Shown: positions 13,667 to 23,781 of the stretch, piece by piece | Numbering within the stretch: the first letter of the stretch is position 1 | How the letters are laid out: every line of letters starts with the position of its first letter | Source: a virus | Lineage: Duplodnaviria; Heunggongvirae; Uroviricota; Caudoviricetes | Strand: one strand, 5' to 3' | Length of the DNA stretch: 54,444 nucleotides | IMG/VR virus record: IMGVR_UViG_3300037279_000046 | Program-made: the position numbers and the translations under genes | Notes under the pieces: model-generated | What the model was told of the DNA's origin: nothing | Seen by the model: the letters and a program-made list of their open reading frames with translations, nothing else | Database searches by the model: none

Positions 13667-14491
13667 ATGAGTATGGATCGCCCGAACCAACAGTTTCCGA
13701 ACCCACCCGCGACCTCAGTCACCTCGACTCCGTCGCCGATGCCGATCTATCTTCCAGATCCTAGTATCAAGGGTGCCAGTTTCGATCAACTCCTTTCTCA
13801 ACGTGGAATTCGCTTCATTCACTACAAAGCGATTCCTTGCATGAACATCAAGAGCACTGACTTTGAAGCTCATGAGCCTGACTGTCAGTTCTGCGATGAC
13901 TCAGGAATTATCTACTACGCTCAAAACGAGATCTGGGGCGTATTTTCAGGAAATAGTATAGAGAAGACGTTTGAAGCCCACGGTGTGTGGGAGACTGGTA
14001 GCGCAGTCGTAACGCTTCCTACAACGTACCCAGACGGCACGCAAGCAGACTTCAATACCTTTGACAGGCTAGAGATGCCGGATTACACCGTGCGCCTCTG
14101 GGAGCTTAAGGGATATGAGCCTCGTCCCGGCAACATACAAGAGCTTCGTTATCCCGTTGAGAAGGTTGAGTTCGCATCTACAATTGTAGATGGAGTCCAG
14201 ACTTTTTATTATCCAGATGTTGACTTCACGGTGAACGCCGACGGTCAGATCGTTTGGATAGATGGCCGTCAGCCAGAGTATAGTGCTGCTTTAGAGCGTG
14301 GTGCTGTTGTTGGTTGGGCGTATTTCGCTAAGCCAGTCTATGTGGTTCTCCAGTCACTTCGTGAACTTAGAATCACACAGGAACTCGTCGGCGGAGTAAA
14401 AACCGCTATACGCTTGCCTCAACAAATCCTTGTTAGACGCGACTTTATGGTGGGTTCTGGTGAAAAGATTGTTAATGCCCCTATACGCTGA
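13667..14491 (+). CDS. Neck/head-completion protein (SPO1/K-like CxxC-containing family)
   Basis: FDQLLSQRGIRFIHYKAIPC...CQFCDDSGIIY; position upstream of sheath. Confidence 0.65.
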   Translation: MSMDRPNQQFPNPPATSVTSTPSPMPIYLPDPSIKGASFDQLLSQRGIRFIHYKAIPCMNIKSTDFEAHEPDCQFCDDSGIIYYAQNEIWGVFSGNSIEKTFEAHGVWETGSAVVTLPTTYPDGTQADFNTFDRLEMPDYTVRLWELKGYEPRPGNIQELRYPVEKVEFASTIVDGVQTFYYPDVDFTVNADGQIVWIDGRQPEYSAALERGAVVGWAYFAKPVYVVLQSLRELRITQELVGGVKTAIRLPQQILVRRDFMVGSGEKIVNAPIR

Positions 14492-14552
14492 GTTAAGCTC
14501 GATCTTGAGTTATAATGAACCTATCGAGTTGACGGGAGCTAATTAAACTTAT

Positions 14553-15194
14553 ATGATAAACTATAGCGATAAAATGAAAATTGCTAGACTATCTAATCCA
14601 CTGAAAATGGATACAGTTTATCGTTGTTTTTGTGATACCTGCGGTAAAGATAGGGGCTATAAGCGCAAAGTGGATGCTAATAGGTCATGTTCTTCATGCG
14701 TTGCAAAGCAGCGCGTTATTTCAGAGGAAACTAAAGTTAGAATTAGCGATAGTATTAAAAAGTTGCCACCAATTTCAAAAGAATCTAGACTTAAGGCTGG
14801 ATTAAAATTAAAGGGCAGAAAAGTCTCCTTAGAGACTAAGAAAAAATTAAGTTGCATAAAGAGATCTATACCTATAGATCAATTTGATGATTTTTTAAAC
14901 CCTATTAATAAAAGAGATAGGGATTTAATATATAAGAGTGGTCTATCTAAGTCAATTTACGAACGAGATAACTTCAGTTGTCAAGTTTGCTATAAAAATG
15001 GTAAACTCGTTGCTCACCATAAGAATGGTTTTGACCTATTTCCTCAAGAGCGCTTTGATGTTAACAACATAATAACTTTATGCAATAATTGTCATCAAAA
15101 GTTTCATAAAAAATTTGGTTATAAAAACAACACCAAAGATCAATTTCAATTATTTTTAAGTGAGGTTGTAAGTGCCAACAGCAGTCTCACGTAA
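14553..15194 (+). CDS. HNH homing endonuclease with NUMOD3-like repeats
   Basis: SEETKVRIS/SLETKKKLS; RDNFSCQVC...VAHHKNGF...NIITLCNNCHQKFH; AT-rich. Confidence 0.85.
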   Translation: MINYSDKMKIARLSNPLKMDTVYRCFCDTCGKDRGYKRKVDANRSCSSCVAKQRVISEETKVRISDSIKKLPPISKESRLKAGLKLKGRKVSLETKKKLSCIKRSIPIDQFDDFLNPINKRDRDLIYKSGLSKSIYERDNFSCQVCYKNGKLVAHHKNGFDLFPQERFDVNNIITLCNNCHQKFHKKFGYKNNTKDQFQLFLSEVVSANSSLT

Positions 15195-16701
15195 ACAATT
15201 TCGCCTTATGCAGGCAATTTTGCACGGCAAAATTGATGCTTCAAGATCTCCAAGGGGGGTTCCACCAAAATCTGTAGCGGCGAAGTATACTTCGCCAGGC
15301 GCTGGAGCAAGTGAACAGCATGGTGAAGACCGTGGTGGTTCTTGGGGTGCTAAACATCACGAAAAAGCTAAATCTAAAGTCAAAGAAGCCCGCAAGGAAC
15401 GCAAGAAATCTAAGAAAGATTTAAAGAAGTCTTTTGAAGATCACTATGAAGGTCATGCAGCTGCATCTATTGTCATGAACGACAATAATCAGATCCTTCT
15501 TGGTCGCCACTCTACTGGCGGCATGGCATTTCCTGGCGGCCACATGGATATGGCAGACGGCAGTACTGAGATTACAGCTCTTCGCGAACTTAAAGAAGAA
15601 GCTGGTATCACCGGTCGCAACCCCACTAAGGTGTGGTCTGGGAAGTTGAACGGCAACAAGTGCGATGTGTACTTGGTTGAGTCATTTACTGGTGAACCAA
15701 AGTCTACTAAAGAGTTAAAAGATCCTCGCTGGGTCGACGTTGAAGATATCCCTTGGGATGACTTGCGTGACTGCTGCCACGAGCCATTAGAAAATTTTGT
15801 TCGTACTAAGATGCTCAAGTCTCTGCAAGGAATGATTGCAATTGAAAAGCTTGAGAAGAACATCATTCGTCAGCGTGCTGATGCAGTGATGGAAGTTACT
15901 CACGGTGATGCTCTGCGTCTTGTCGGTAACGGCATGTTCCGTAAACTTCGTTCTGAAGTGAAGGGCATGAAAGATGAGGACTTCAAAGACTTCCACATCG
16001 ACACACATAAAGTTACTATCCGTCGCCACATGAGCGATGTATACTCTGGACGCGTCGAAGACGGTCACAAAGTCGTTTATCAGTTTACAAACAAGAGCTT
16101 ACCAGAACTTACTGCCGCTCTTATGTCTGTATTCGAGTGGTATGTTCCTGAGGATGAAGATTTCCTCAATGACGTACACGACGACGCCTTAGATGACGAT
16201 GTTATTCATGGTGGGGTTCAGAACCTCATTGAGAATTACAAGCGCCACAACATCGGCAACATCTATCAAGAGATGGAAACTATTCGCGAGCAGATTCGCA
16301 ATGGTATGGCCGTTGACTTGCAACAAGTTGAAGCCCGCATCATGAAACTCTTCGATAAACTAGAAGAAGTAGTCCATGATGTGAGTGATAAACACAACCA
16401 TCTCGTCGAGATGGCCGGATCAGAGATCGATGAACTTGAGAGCAAACTTCGTGCGTTGCAGAGCAAGATCGATGACATGGGTAAAGGTCCTGAGACTGTT
16501 ACTGCTTACAGCTCTTCACGTCCTAACGTCGCCCAGATCCATGACGACAGTTATCCTTATCTTCCGCGCCCTCAAGTTGAGATCTCTCCGAACGGAGCTA
16601 TTAAAATTAGCTTCGGTACTGACTGGACTGACCTTGAGAAACAGAACTTTCTGCATGATATGCGTGCGAAGGTTGTGAAGCGCGAGAAGATAAATGGTTA
16701 A
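15172..16701 (+). CDS. Probable virion protein containing a Nudix hydrolase domain and C-terminal coiled coil
   Basis: FPGGHMDMADGSTEITALRELKEEAGI Nudix box; lies among neck genes. Confidence 0.8.
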   Translation: MPTAVSRKQFRLMQAILHGKIDASRSPRGVPPKSVAAKYTSPGAGASEQHGEDRGGSWGAKHHEKAKSKVKEARKERKKSKKDLKKSFEDHYEGHAAASIVMNDNNQILLGRHSTGGMAFPGGHMDMADGSTEITALRELKEEAGITGRNPTKVWSGKLNGNKCDVYLVESFTGEPKSTKELKDPRWVDVEDIPWDDLRDCCHEPLENFVRTKMLKSLQGMIAIEKLEKNIIRQRADAVMEVTHGDALRLVGNGMFRKLRSEVKGMKDEDFKDFHIDTHKVTIRRHMSDVYSGRVEDGHKVVYQFTNKSLPELTAALMSVFEWYVPEDEDFLNDVHDDALDDDVIHGGVQNLIENYKRHNIGNIYQEMETIREQIRNGMAVDLQQVEARIMKLFDKLEEVVHDVSDKHNHLVEMAGSEIDELESKLRALQSKIDDMGKGPETVTAYSSSRPNVAQIHDDSYPYLPRPQVEISPNGAIKISFGTDWTDLEKQNFLHDMRAKVVKREKING

Positions 16702-17338
16702 CATATATCTTGAACTTGAACGCTTAAAAGTTACTCTACGCAACAAAGGTATGGACGAAGATTTCGTTAATACTGTAGTTGATAAAGCTGAAGCTGAGAT
16801 AAATGATCGGCTATCGGAACAGATGTCTAATGCCATGGAGAATGCCATCCAGTCTGGTATGCAGAAGAAGTCTGCCGACTTCATTAATGACTTACGTCCT
16901 GCTCCTGGTGCATTTCAATTGGAGACTGCTTCGGGAAATACTGACTTCTCAGAACCACCCATGCCCATGCTCGATAGGCTTCTTGCCTCTGGTGCTAAGC
17001 CAATGAAGGATGGATCTGGTATTTATAAGATCATCCCAGTTGGTGCTCCTAGTAAGACGCCTAGACCTTCTGTAGCCAGTAATATCTTTGAGGCTCAGAA
17101 AGCAATAGCGGCCGAAAGGTATGAAACGGCATTAGCTCAGTATAATAAGGTGAAGCCAAAGGGATCCAAGGTAGAATTTAGGACCGTAACCAGTAAGCAG
17201 AATAGAGCAACACAGTGGATCCTACCAGCTAAAGATAAGGACTTCACTGAGGATCTCAAGTCAATTAATGCGCTCTTAGATGAGTCTCATGATGACATAG
17301 TAATGAGTATAATAAGAGAATATGAGGAAAACTTCTAG
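16694..17338 (+). CDS. Putative neck/tail completion protein
   Basis: Position in head-tail joining cluster; FRTVTS...WILPA motif. Confidence 0.5.
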   Translation: MVNIYLELERLKVTLRNKGMDEDFVNTVVDKAEAEINDRLSEQMSNAMENAIQSGMQKKSADFINDLRPAPGAFQLETASGNTDFSEPPMPMLDRLLASGAKPMKDGSGIYKIIPVGAPSKTPRPSVASNIFEAQKAIAAERYETALAQYNKVKPKGSKVEFRTVTSKQNRATQWILPAKDKDFTEDLKSINALLDESHDDIVMSIIREYEENF

Positions 17339-17913
17339 TGAAGACATGTAGCAAATGTAAGCAAATTAAAGTTAAAGAAGAATTTGGTAAACATAAGAAT
17401 GGGAAAAATGGATTAGATTCGAGATGTAAAACATGTTTAACTCAATACAGAAAGAGCATGGTTGCAAACTCTAATGTTAGAAATAAAGCATGGTATGAGG
17501 CAAACAAGGATCGAAAATCCTTATATAACAAAATCTGGAAAGAAGCAAACTTAGAACATCTTAGTGATTATAACAGCGTATACCAAACAAATAGATATAA
17601 AACTGACATAGAGTACAAACTAAAAGTAAGTTTAAGATCTAGGCTAAATAAGGCAATTAGTGGTAATTATAAGTCTGGTTCTGCTGTAGAGGATTTAGGG
17701 TGCACAATTGACGAATTAAAAGTTCATCTCGAGGTACAATTTAAGTCAGGCATGAGTTGGGATAACCATGGTAGATTTGGTTGGCACATTGACCATATAG
17801 ATCCGCTTACCGCATTTGACTTAACTGATCCAGTTCAAGTAAAGACAGCATGCAATTTTAAGAATCTTCAACCCTTGTGGTGGAAAGAAAACATCTTGAA
17901 AGGTGGAGCTTAA
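17338..17913 (+). CDS. HNH-type homing endonuclease, paralog of 13171..13662
   Basis: CSKC..CKTC; WHIDHIDP...CNFKNLQPLWWKENILKG; AT-rich. Confidence 0.8.
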   Translation: MKTCSKCKQIKVKEEFGKHKNGKNGLDSRCKTCLTQYRKSMVANSNVRNKAWYEANKDRKSLYNKIWKEANLEHLSDYNSVYQTNRYKTDIEYKLKVSLRSRLNKAISGNYKSGSAVEDLGCTIDELKVHLEVQFKSGMSWDNHGRFGWHIDHIDPLTAFDLTDPVQVKTACNFKNLQPLWWKENILKGGA

Positions 17914-17914
17914 T

Positions 17915-18658
17915 ATGAGTTTTTGTATGCCGGAGATCGTCGTTGAGAAAGTGCTTGAGTACGGCATTAAAGAACTGCGCAACAACAAACGTGCATTCTA
18001 CGACCTGTTCGCTCAGTTCACGCAAGATGAACTTAATTTAGACTATGGTCCCAAGTACTTAGACGACATCTGGAAGTGGTTCAGCACCACCAAGATTCCG
18101 GTCGTAAAGGCCTGGTCGTTCAATACCCAAGTTATCCCCTGCATCTCGGTTCACTTAGCTAACGAGACTGAGGATGAGAGCAAGGCCTCTATCGGCGACA
18201 TCGCTGGTGACTTTGGTGGATTCGCTGAAATCAACACTGGGGTGTTCACTGTTATGGTGGACATCGGTATCCATGCCAACAAGGCTGGCGACCACGTTCT
18301 CTGGCTGTATTACATTGTTGCTTATATCCTGTTCAAACATAAGCTTATGGCTCATCGCCTGGGCTTGAAGCTCCATACGTTCTCTGCTTCTGATTACAAC
18401 AAGGAACAGACTAAGATGACAGATAATATCTGGACTCGCTGGGTTCGCTTCCGTTGCACTACAGAGAACTTTTGGGAAGCTGAGCCTTTCAAAGAGATTT
18501 TGGCCATCAATACTGACCCCGCGGTCGGACTGGTTCCATCTGAGGATATCGCAGCCAGCATGGACGTTGATTTGACTAAGGTTAATAGAACAGAGAACCA
18601 AGGAATCAAAGTCGACCGTATTGGCGACTTAGATGATTCAGAAGATTTAGAGACTTAA
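17915..18658 (+). CDS. Putative tail terminator/tail completion protein
   Basis: IPCISVHLANETE, VDIGIHA..GDHVLWLYYIV pattern; two genes upstream of sheath; SD GGAG before ATG 17915. Confidence 0.55.
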   Translation: MSFCMPEIVVEKVLEYGIKELRNNKRAFYDLFAQFTQDELNLDYGPKYLDDIWKWFSTTKIPVVKAWSFNTQVIPCISVHLANETEDESKASIGDIAGDFGGFAEINTGVFTVMVDIGIHANKAGDHVLWLYYIVAYILFKHKLMAHRLGLKLHTFSASDYNKEQTKMTDNIWTRWVRFRCTTENFWEAEPFKEILAINTDPAVGLVPSEDIAASMDVDLTKVNRTENQGIKVDRIGDLDDSEDLET

Positions 18659-18696
18659 GTGGTATATCCAGTTAAAATAGAGAGTAAGGAGCTTAT

Positions 18697-18975
18697 ATGA
18701 GCAAAAAGTGGAAACACAGAGATAAAGACGGACGCGAGGTCATTGAAGACGTCGCCGATGATGCAGTCATTGCTGAAGAATCAGCTCCTGAAGAAGTCAT
18801 CGAAATTCCGATGGTTGACTTCGATGGATGGTATGGTGCACGTCGCAGCCGTATCCCTGTTCATCACCATAAAGAGATTTTGAAGGCTGATTTCAAAGCC
18901 CGCAAAATGCCGGTTATGGGTACGATGGCACAGTTTGATGAAATGTTGAAACTATATGGTGTGAAGCTAGCATAA
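18697..18975 (+). CDS. Small protein immediately upstream of sheath
   Basis: SD AAGGAG; DFDGWY...FKA...FDEMLKLYGVKL recalls the small pre-sheath protein of K/SPO1-like phages. Confidence 0.55.
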   Translation: MSKKWKHRDKDGREVIEDVADDAVIAEESAPEEVIEIPMVDFDGWYGARRSRIPVHHHKEILKADFKARKMPVMGTMAQFDEMLKLYGVKLA

Positions 18976-19038
18976 TTCTAGCTAAGCATCTATGTTATAA
19001 TTGGGTGAGATACATACTTGACTCAGGAGACTTAACAC

Positions 19039-21279
19039 ATGGCAATTAATGTAAGCTTTAATGGTGCTACCATTTACAAACCAGGTGCTTACTCACAAGT
19101 AGAGATTGATCTCGGCGGAGGCTTCCCGTTAAGCCCTACCGGAATCATCGCTCTCTTTGGAGAAGCAGACGCGGGTGCTCCTGGCTCCGCAGAACCGAAT
19201 CTTGCAAACAACGTTTTCGGTCCAGATCAATACAACCAAATTTTGGCTAAGTACGGTTCTGGTAACATCGTTGATGCATGTAACTTCTTGTTTGCTCCGG
19301 GCGCTGATGGCGCAATTCCGGGTGGCGCACAAGCTGTGTACATCTACAAGACAAACGCTTCTACTCAAGCAACGCTTGATCCGATTGCTGCTGGCGCAAC
19401 TCCTTTCGGAATGTTGCAGTCACAAGCATACGGCGTCGGAGGTAACCTTGTTACTTTCAAAAACACTATCACTCCAGAAGGACAAGCTGTTCTGACGAGC
19501 GCTGTTATCACTTTCCCTGTTGTTGTTACAACCGGAACAAATGATACTCTCGCTTACTCGTTGAACGGTGGTGCTCCTGCTACTGCGACTGTTGCTGCTG
19601 ACTCTTACGCTTCTGCTGCTGCTCTTGCTACGGCATTGAACACTGCACTCGGCGCAAACACTATGGTTGCTGCTGCTGGAACTGTAGCTAACACAATCAC
19701 TTTGACTCAAGCAATTGCTTCGAACCCACAACGTAATGGTTACGGTCGTTCGATGCAGCTTGGTTCAGGAAACATCAGCACAAGCATCGGACTTTCGTCT
19801 AACGCTTTCGCTGCTGCTGCTTCTGAGCCTATGGCTACTCTGGTTGTTGCAAACCCTGTTTCGACTCTTACTGAGAGCGCAACTGTTGGTGGAGACATTC
19901 CTTTGTCGATCGGTCGTTCTGCAACTGGTGGCGTAACTGCTGCTTCAGTTACTATCGGAGCTACTGCGATCACGCTGACTCAAACTGGTGCTACTCCTGC
20001 TTCGTACAGCCTCCCAATCGCTAACTTCCCTTCTATTCAGTCTGTTGCTTCTTTCATCAACACTCTGTCAGGATGGAGTGCTTCAGTAGAGAGCGTTCAA
20101 ATCGGTCTTCAACCGATCACTGTTCTCGACCAAGTTTCAGCTGTTGGCGCTTTGTACAGCGGCGCAACTGCTCAACAACCTGCTCGCATCAAAATGGATG
20201 CAAGTGAAGTTGTTGGCTTCTTCGCTGCAAGCACACAAGTTAACCTGGTTCCTTCGGTTTCTGCTTCGCAAACTGCAGTAAAAACTGTTGGTCTTCCAGA
20301 TCAACAAGGCGTTCCAAACGCTCTCTACCTCACTGGTGGAGTTCTTGGAGCAACTGCTTCTGCTGACATCGTTAACGCATTGAGCAAGTTTGAGAAATTC
20401 CGCGTTAACGCGGTTGTTCCTTTGTTCTCGCGTGATGCTTCACAAGACATCCTTGATGAAGTTACTGACCCGTCTTCGACTTACACTATTGCTGCTGTTC
20501 ACCAAGCTGTGAAAACTCACTGCTCGTTGATGGCGACTACTAAGAAAAAGTCTGAGCGTCAAGGTTACTTGTCGATGAAGGACACGTACGCAAACTGTAA
20601 ATCTGAGATCGCTACTACTGCTGACGCACGTCAACAGATGGTCATCCAAGATATCCGTCAAGCTGATTCTGCTGGTAACATCCAGTGGTTCCAACCTTGG
20701 GCTGGAGCTTGTTTGCTCGCTGGTGCTCGCGGCGGTTCGCCTGTCGGTAACCCGATGACATTCAAATATTTCAACATGTCTGGTATCCGCCAGACTGGTC
20801 AATTGCTCTCGACTGCTGAGCAGAACATTGTTATCGACTTCGATCCAGATGTCGCATACGATGACGCTATCCAAAATGGCGTTACGTTCTGGGAAGCACC
20901 ACAAACTGGTGGATTCCGCCTCGTTGTCGATAACACGACCTACGGTAAAGATGGAAACTGGGTATACAACCGTGCCCACGTTCTCTACGCTTCCGATGTC
21001 CTTGCTTATGACTTCCGTAACCAATTAGAGAACATCTACATTGGTCTGAAGAACACTGTGAACGCTGTCGAAGTTCAATCGACTTGCGCAGCTATCTTGG
21101 CTACTTACCTGGCACAAGGAATCACGGTTTCTACTTCTGACGCGAAAAACGGCTACAAAGCCCTTGTAGTTCAGATCAACGGAAACACGATCAATGTATC
21201 GGTAACTGTTAAGCTTGTTGAAGGTATCGACTTTATCTTGGCTAACATCACTCTGCAAAGAGCTAGTTCGTCAACATAA
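19039..21279 (+). CDS. Contractile tail sheath protein with Ala-rich insertion
   Basis: MAINVSFNGATIYKPGAYS, IIALFGEADAG, C-terminal FRLVVDNTTY...YASDVLAYDFRNQLENIYIG. Confidence 0.92.
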   Translation: MAINVSFNGATIYKPGAYSQVEIDLGGGFPLSPTGIIALFGEADAGAPGSAEPNLANNVFGPDQYNQILAKYGSGNIVDACNFLFAPGADGAIPGGAQAVYIYKTNASTQATLDPIAAGATPFGMLQSQAYGVGGNLVTFKNTITPEGQAVLTSAVITFPVVVTTGTNDTLAYSLNGGAPATATVAADSYASAAALATALNTALGANTMVAAAGTVANTITLTQAIASNPQRNGYGRSMQLGSGNISTSIGLSSNAFAAAASEPMATLVVANPVSTLTESATVGGDIPLSIGRSATGGVTAASVTIGATAITLTQTGATPASYSLPIANFPSIQSVASFINTLSGWSASVESVQIGLQPITVLDQVSAVGALYSGATAQQPARIKMDASEVVGFFAASTQVNLVPSVSASQTAVKTVGLPDQQGVPNALYLTGGVLGATASADIVNALSKFEKFRVNAVVPLFSRDASQDILDEVTDPSSTYTIAAVHQAVKTHCSLMATTKKKSERQGYLSMKDTYANCKSEIATTADARQQMVIQDIRQADSAGNIQWFQPWAGACLLAGARGGSPVGNPMTFKYFNMSGIRQTGQLLSTAEQNIVIDFDPDVAYDDAIQNGVTFWEAPQTGGFRLVVDNTTYGKDGNWVYNRAHVLYASDVLAYDFRNQLENIYIGLKNTVNAVEVQSTCAAILATYLAQGITVSTSDAKNGYKALVVQINGNTINVSVTVKLVEGIDFILANITLQRASSST

Positions 21280-21303
21280 TCAAGACTCTGAGTTAGTATC
21301 TAG

Positions 21304-21340
21304 AAGGCCCGGTGGAAACACTGGGCCTTTTTCTTTTCTT
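21304..21340 (+). terminator. Rho-independent terminator after sheath
   Basis: AAGGCCCGGTG-GAAA-CACTGGGCCTT followed by TTTCTTTTCTT. Confidence 0.85.
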
Positions 21341-21434
21341 AACTTAGTTTGGTGTATAGTATTCTCATGGGTTGCATAGTGCAGCCTCAAAAAATGGATG
21401 GTACTGGTCAACCACAAGACCAAAAGGAAAAAGT

Positions 21435-21998
21435 ATGGCAGCAAAGATGCCCTCATTTATCACAGGTGCGAATGCGAAGATTAAAGTAGGCGGTAAGACG
21501 TTTGCTTATGCTTCGGATGTCTCTTATCAAGTATCGGTAGACACCATTCCGATCGAAACTATGGGTCGTTACGAAGCAGTGTCGAACGAACCGGTTAACT
21601 ACTCTGTTGCAGGAGAGTTAAGCGTTGTTCGTTATACCGCTATCGCAAACCAAAACGGTATGCCCGGAACGAACTCGACTGGTAACGGTCTTGGTGAAGT
21701 TAACTACACTACTGGCGGAAACGGCAGTTTTGAAATTAACCCAGGTAACATTTTGCTTTCGCAAACATGGGACCTCGCCGTATTCCAAAAAACACAGACT
21801 GGCGCAACGGCTGGTGGCGGAACTGCTCAGGTTACTGATGCTGTTCAGTTCATCACGATCGCTGACTGCCGTTTCAACCGTAAGAGCGCAGCGTTGAACA
21901 AACGCGGTATCTTGGTTGATCGTCTTTCGTTCGTTGGAATTCTTGCTAGTGACGACAGCTTCGAAGCGTCGAACTCTGGCGATACAGACTTGTCGTAA
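21435..21998 (+). CDS. Tail tube protein, paralog 1
   Basis: FITGANAKIKVGGKTFAYASDVSY...IETMGRYEAVSNEP; own TATAGT box; SD before ATG 21435. Confidence 0.8.
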   Translation: MAAKMPSFITGANAKIKVGGKTFAYASDVSYQVSVDTIPIETMGRYEAVSNEPVNYSVAGELSVVRYTAIANQNGMPGTNSTGNGLGEVNYTTGGNGSFEINPGNILLSQTWDLAVFQKTQTGATAGGGTAQVTDAVQFITIADCRFNRKSAALNKRGILVDRLSFVGILASDDSFEASNSGDTDLS

Positions 21999-22016
21999 TT
22001 TTAAGGAGCAGTACGG

Positions 22017-22700
22017 ATGGCCGCAGTTCGCCCATTCTTCATTACAGGTGCTAACGCAAAGGTTGTCTTGAACGGCAAGACTATGGCCTTCTGTACTGAT
22101 CTCTCTTACTCTGTATCTATTCTCACTCAAACACCCAAAATTCTTGGGATGTACGAAGGCTCGTCAGTCGAGCCTCTCGGTTACTCTGTGACTGGCTCCT
22201 TCACAGTAATTCGCTACGCTAAAGATGCTCACTCGAACATTGGTGCAGTAGCTCCTGGCTTGATCACTCCTAACGATGCTGGTAACGGTATTGGTAACTG
22301 GGGCGCAGCTTGGGGCGGCGGACTTGGAAGCTTCCTCGCTGCTAACGGCGTAGGAAATGATGGTCGTCCAAACGAGAACATGGACCCAAGCAAGCTTCAA
22401 AACGGTACTACTTTTGACATTCAAGTTTATCAGAAGATTCCAGCTCCTCAAAACAGCTCTTCAACTGATCAACAGCTCGGTAATGATGTCACTAATGTTC
22501 TTAATGCAATTACCGGCGATTCAACACAGACTGGAAACATCATTGGTGTGGCCAATCTTCGTTCTTGCAGAATCACTCAAGCTGACTTTAGTATAACTAA
22601 AAAAGGCGCAGCGATTCAGCGTTTTAACTTTGTTGCTCTGTACGCAGACGAAGATAGCTTCGTAGCTAACTTCTCAGGTACTGGTCAACAAAATACTTGA
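22017..22700 (+). CDS. Tail tube protein, paralog 2
   Basis: FITGANAKVVLNGKTMAFCTDLSY...LGMYEGSSVEP; C-terminal F..DSF.A shared with paralog 1. Confidence 0.78.
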   Translation: MAAVRPFFITGANAKVVLNGKTMAFCTDLSYSVSILTQTPKILGMYEGSSVEPLGYSVTGSFTVIRYAKDAHSNIGAVAPGLITPNDAGNGIGNWGAAWGGGLGSFLAANGVGNDGRPNENMDPSKLQNGTTFDIQVYQKIPAPQNSSSTDQQLGNDVTNVLNAITGDSTQTGNIIGVANLRSCRITQADFSITKKGAAIQRFNFVALYADEDSFVANFSGTGQQNT

Positions 22701-22707
22701 GGTTTAG

Positions 22708-23334
22708 ATGTCAGGTTTTAATAACCAACCAGGCTTAGTACAAGGACTCGCAGATAATCTAGCACAGAATATCTCTGGGATCATTTCTACAAAGCAGACA
22801 GCTAAATACGCTTCAGGTGCTCGTACTGTTCTGAAGATCAACGGAAAGCCATGCGGTTTCGCATTCGGCGTATCGTGGAGAATCAACACTACAGTATCTG
22901 AGATCATGACTATCGATGATTACATGCCGGCAGAACTAGTTCCTCAGCGTATCAGCGTCGAAGGTACTATCAGTGCTTTGCATATTCCTGGACAAGGAGT
23001 TGGTGTACAGCTCTGGCAACCAGACGCTCTTAACTTCCTGTTCCAACAGTATATCACTATTGAAGTGCGTGACTCTGCAACAGATCAACTCTTATTCTTC
23101 ACTGCACGGGCTATGATCACTAGCAGAGCAGAAGAACTTCGTGTTGACTCACTTGCCAATGTTACACTCAGTTTTAAAGCAATCGGCTTCCAAGACGAGC
23201 GCGTTCCTCAGCAAGCTGACGACGTTAATGGAGCTCAGCAAACGACTAGTGCGTTTGTTCTGCCTAACGTTCCTTCACGCCTTGACGAGATCCCGTTTAA
23301 TCCGACTTCTGGTGTTCCTACCCTTACTGCATAA
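22708..23334 (+). CDS. Tail tube-like protein, paralog 3
   Basis: YASGARTVLKINGKPCGFAFGVSW...MTIDDYMPAELVP...VEGTIS. Confidence 0.7.
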   Translation: MSGFNNQPGLVQGLADNLAQNISGIISTKQTAKYASGARTVLKINGKPCGFAFGVSWRINTTVSEIMTIDDYMPAELVPQRISVEGTISALHIPGQGVGVQLWQPDALNFLFQQYITIEVRDSATDQLLFFTARAMITSRAEELRVDSLANVTLSFKAIGFQDERVPQQADDVNGAQQTTSAFVLPNVPSRLDEIPFNPTSGVPTLTA

Positions 23335-23382
23335 ACTTGCAGTTCTTAAGGTATAATGACTTCTATACGCTATAGGAGCATT

Positions 23383-23781
23383 ATGGACTTACCAAGTAAA
23401 GAAAAGACTTTTTCATTCGACCATACCGGTCTCGATACTGGTAAAGAATACAAAGGGCAGTTTACTGTCTTGTGTCTTCTTAACGTAGGCCAGAAGCACC
23501 AGCTCTCTCTTGAGAAGACGCGGCTTCTTGGAAACTATGCAACGCCAACTGATGACCTGGCTGGATTCGCAGTTATCCTGGCTAATCTTCGTGCTAAGAT
23601 TGTTGATGCCCCCGAGTGGTGGAAGCAGTCACAAGGTGGCGCTACAATTGACGACGAAGACGCTCTTGTAACCTTATATCGTAAGCTAGAAGAAGCGGAG
23701 CTACAATGGAAAGCCGATTTAAAAAAGAAGACGGAAGCGATCCCGGAACAACCGAAGAATCCAACGTCCTCGAATCCATAA
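23383..23781 (+). CDS. Tail assembly chaperone (G-like)
   Basis: Upstream of tape measure; SD AGGAG before ATG 23383; contains slippery site. Confidence 0.7.
   Translation: MDLPSKEKTFSFDHTGLDTGKEYKGQFTVLCLLNVGQKHQLSLEKTRLLGNYATPTDDLAGFAVILANLRAKIVDAPEWWKQSQGGATIDDEDALVTLYRKLEEAELQWKADLKKKTEAIPEQPKNPTSSNP

Noticed and set aside
13171-17913. Group I introns around the HNH genes
   Set aside because: Flanking genes appear complete with their own starts and stops, and no intron core elements were recognised.
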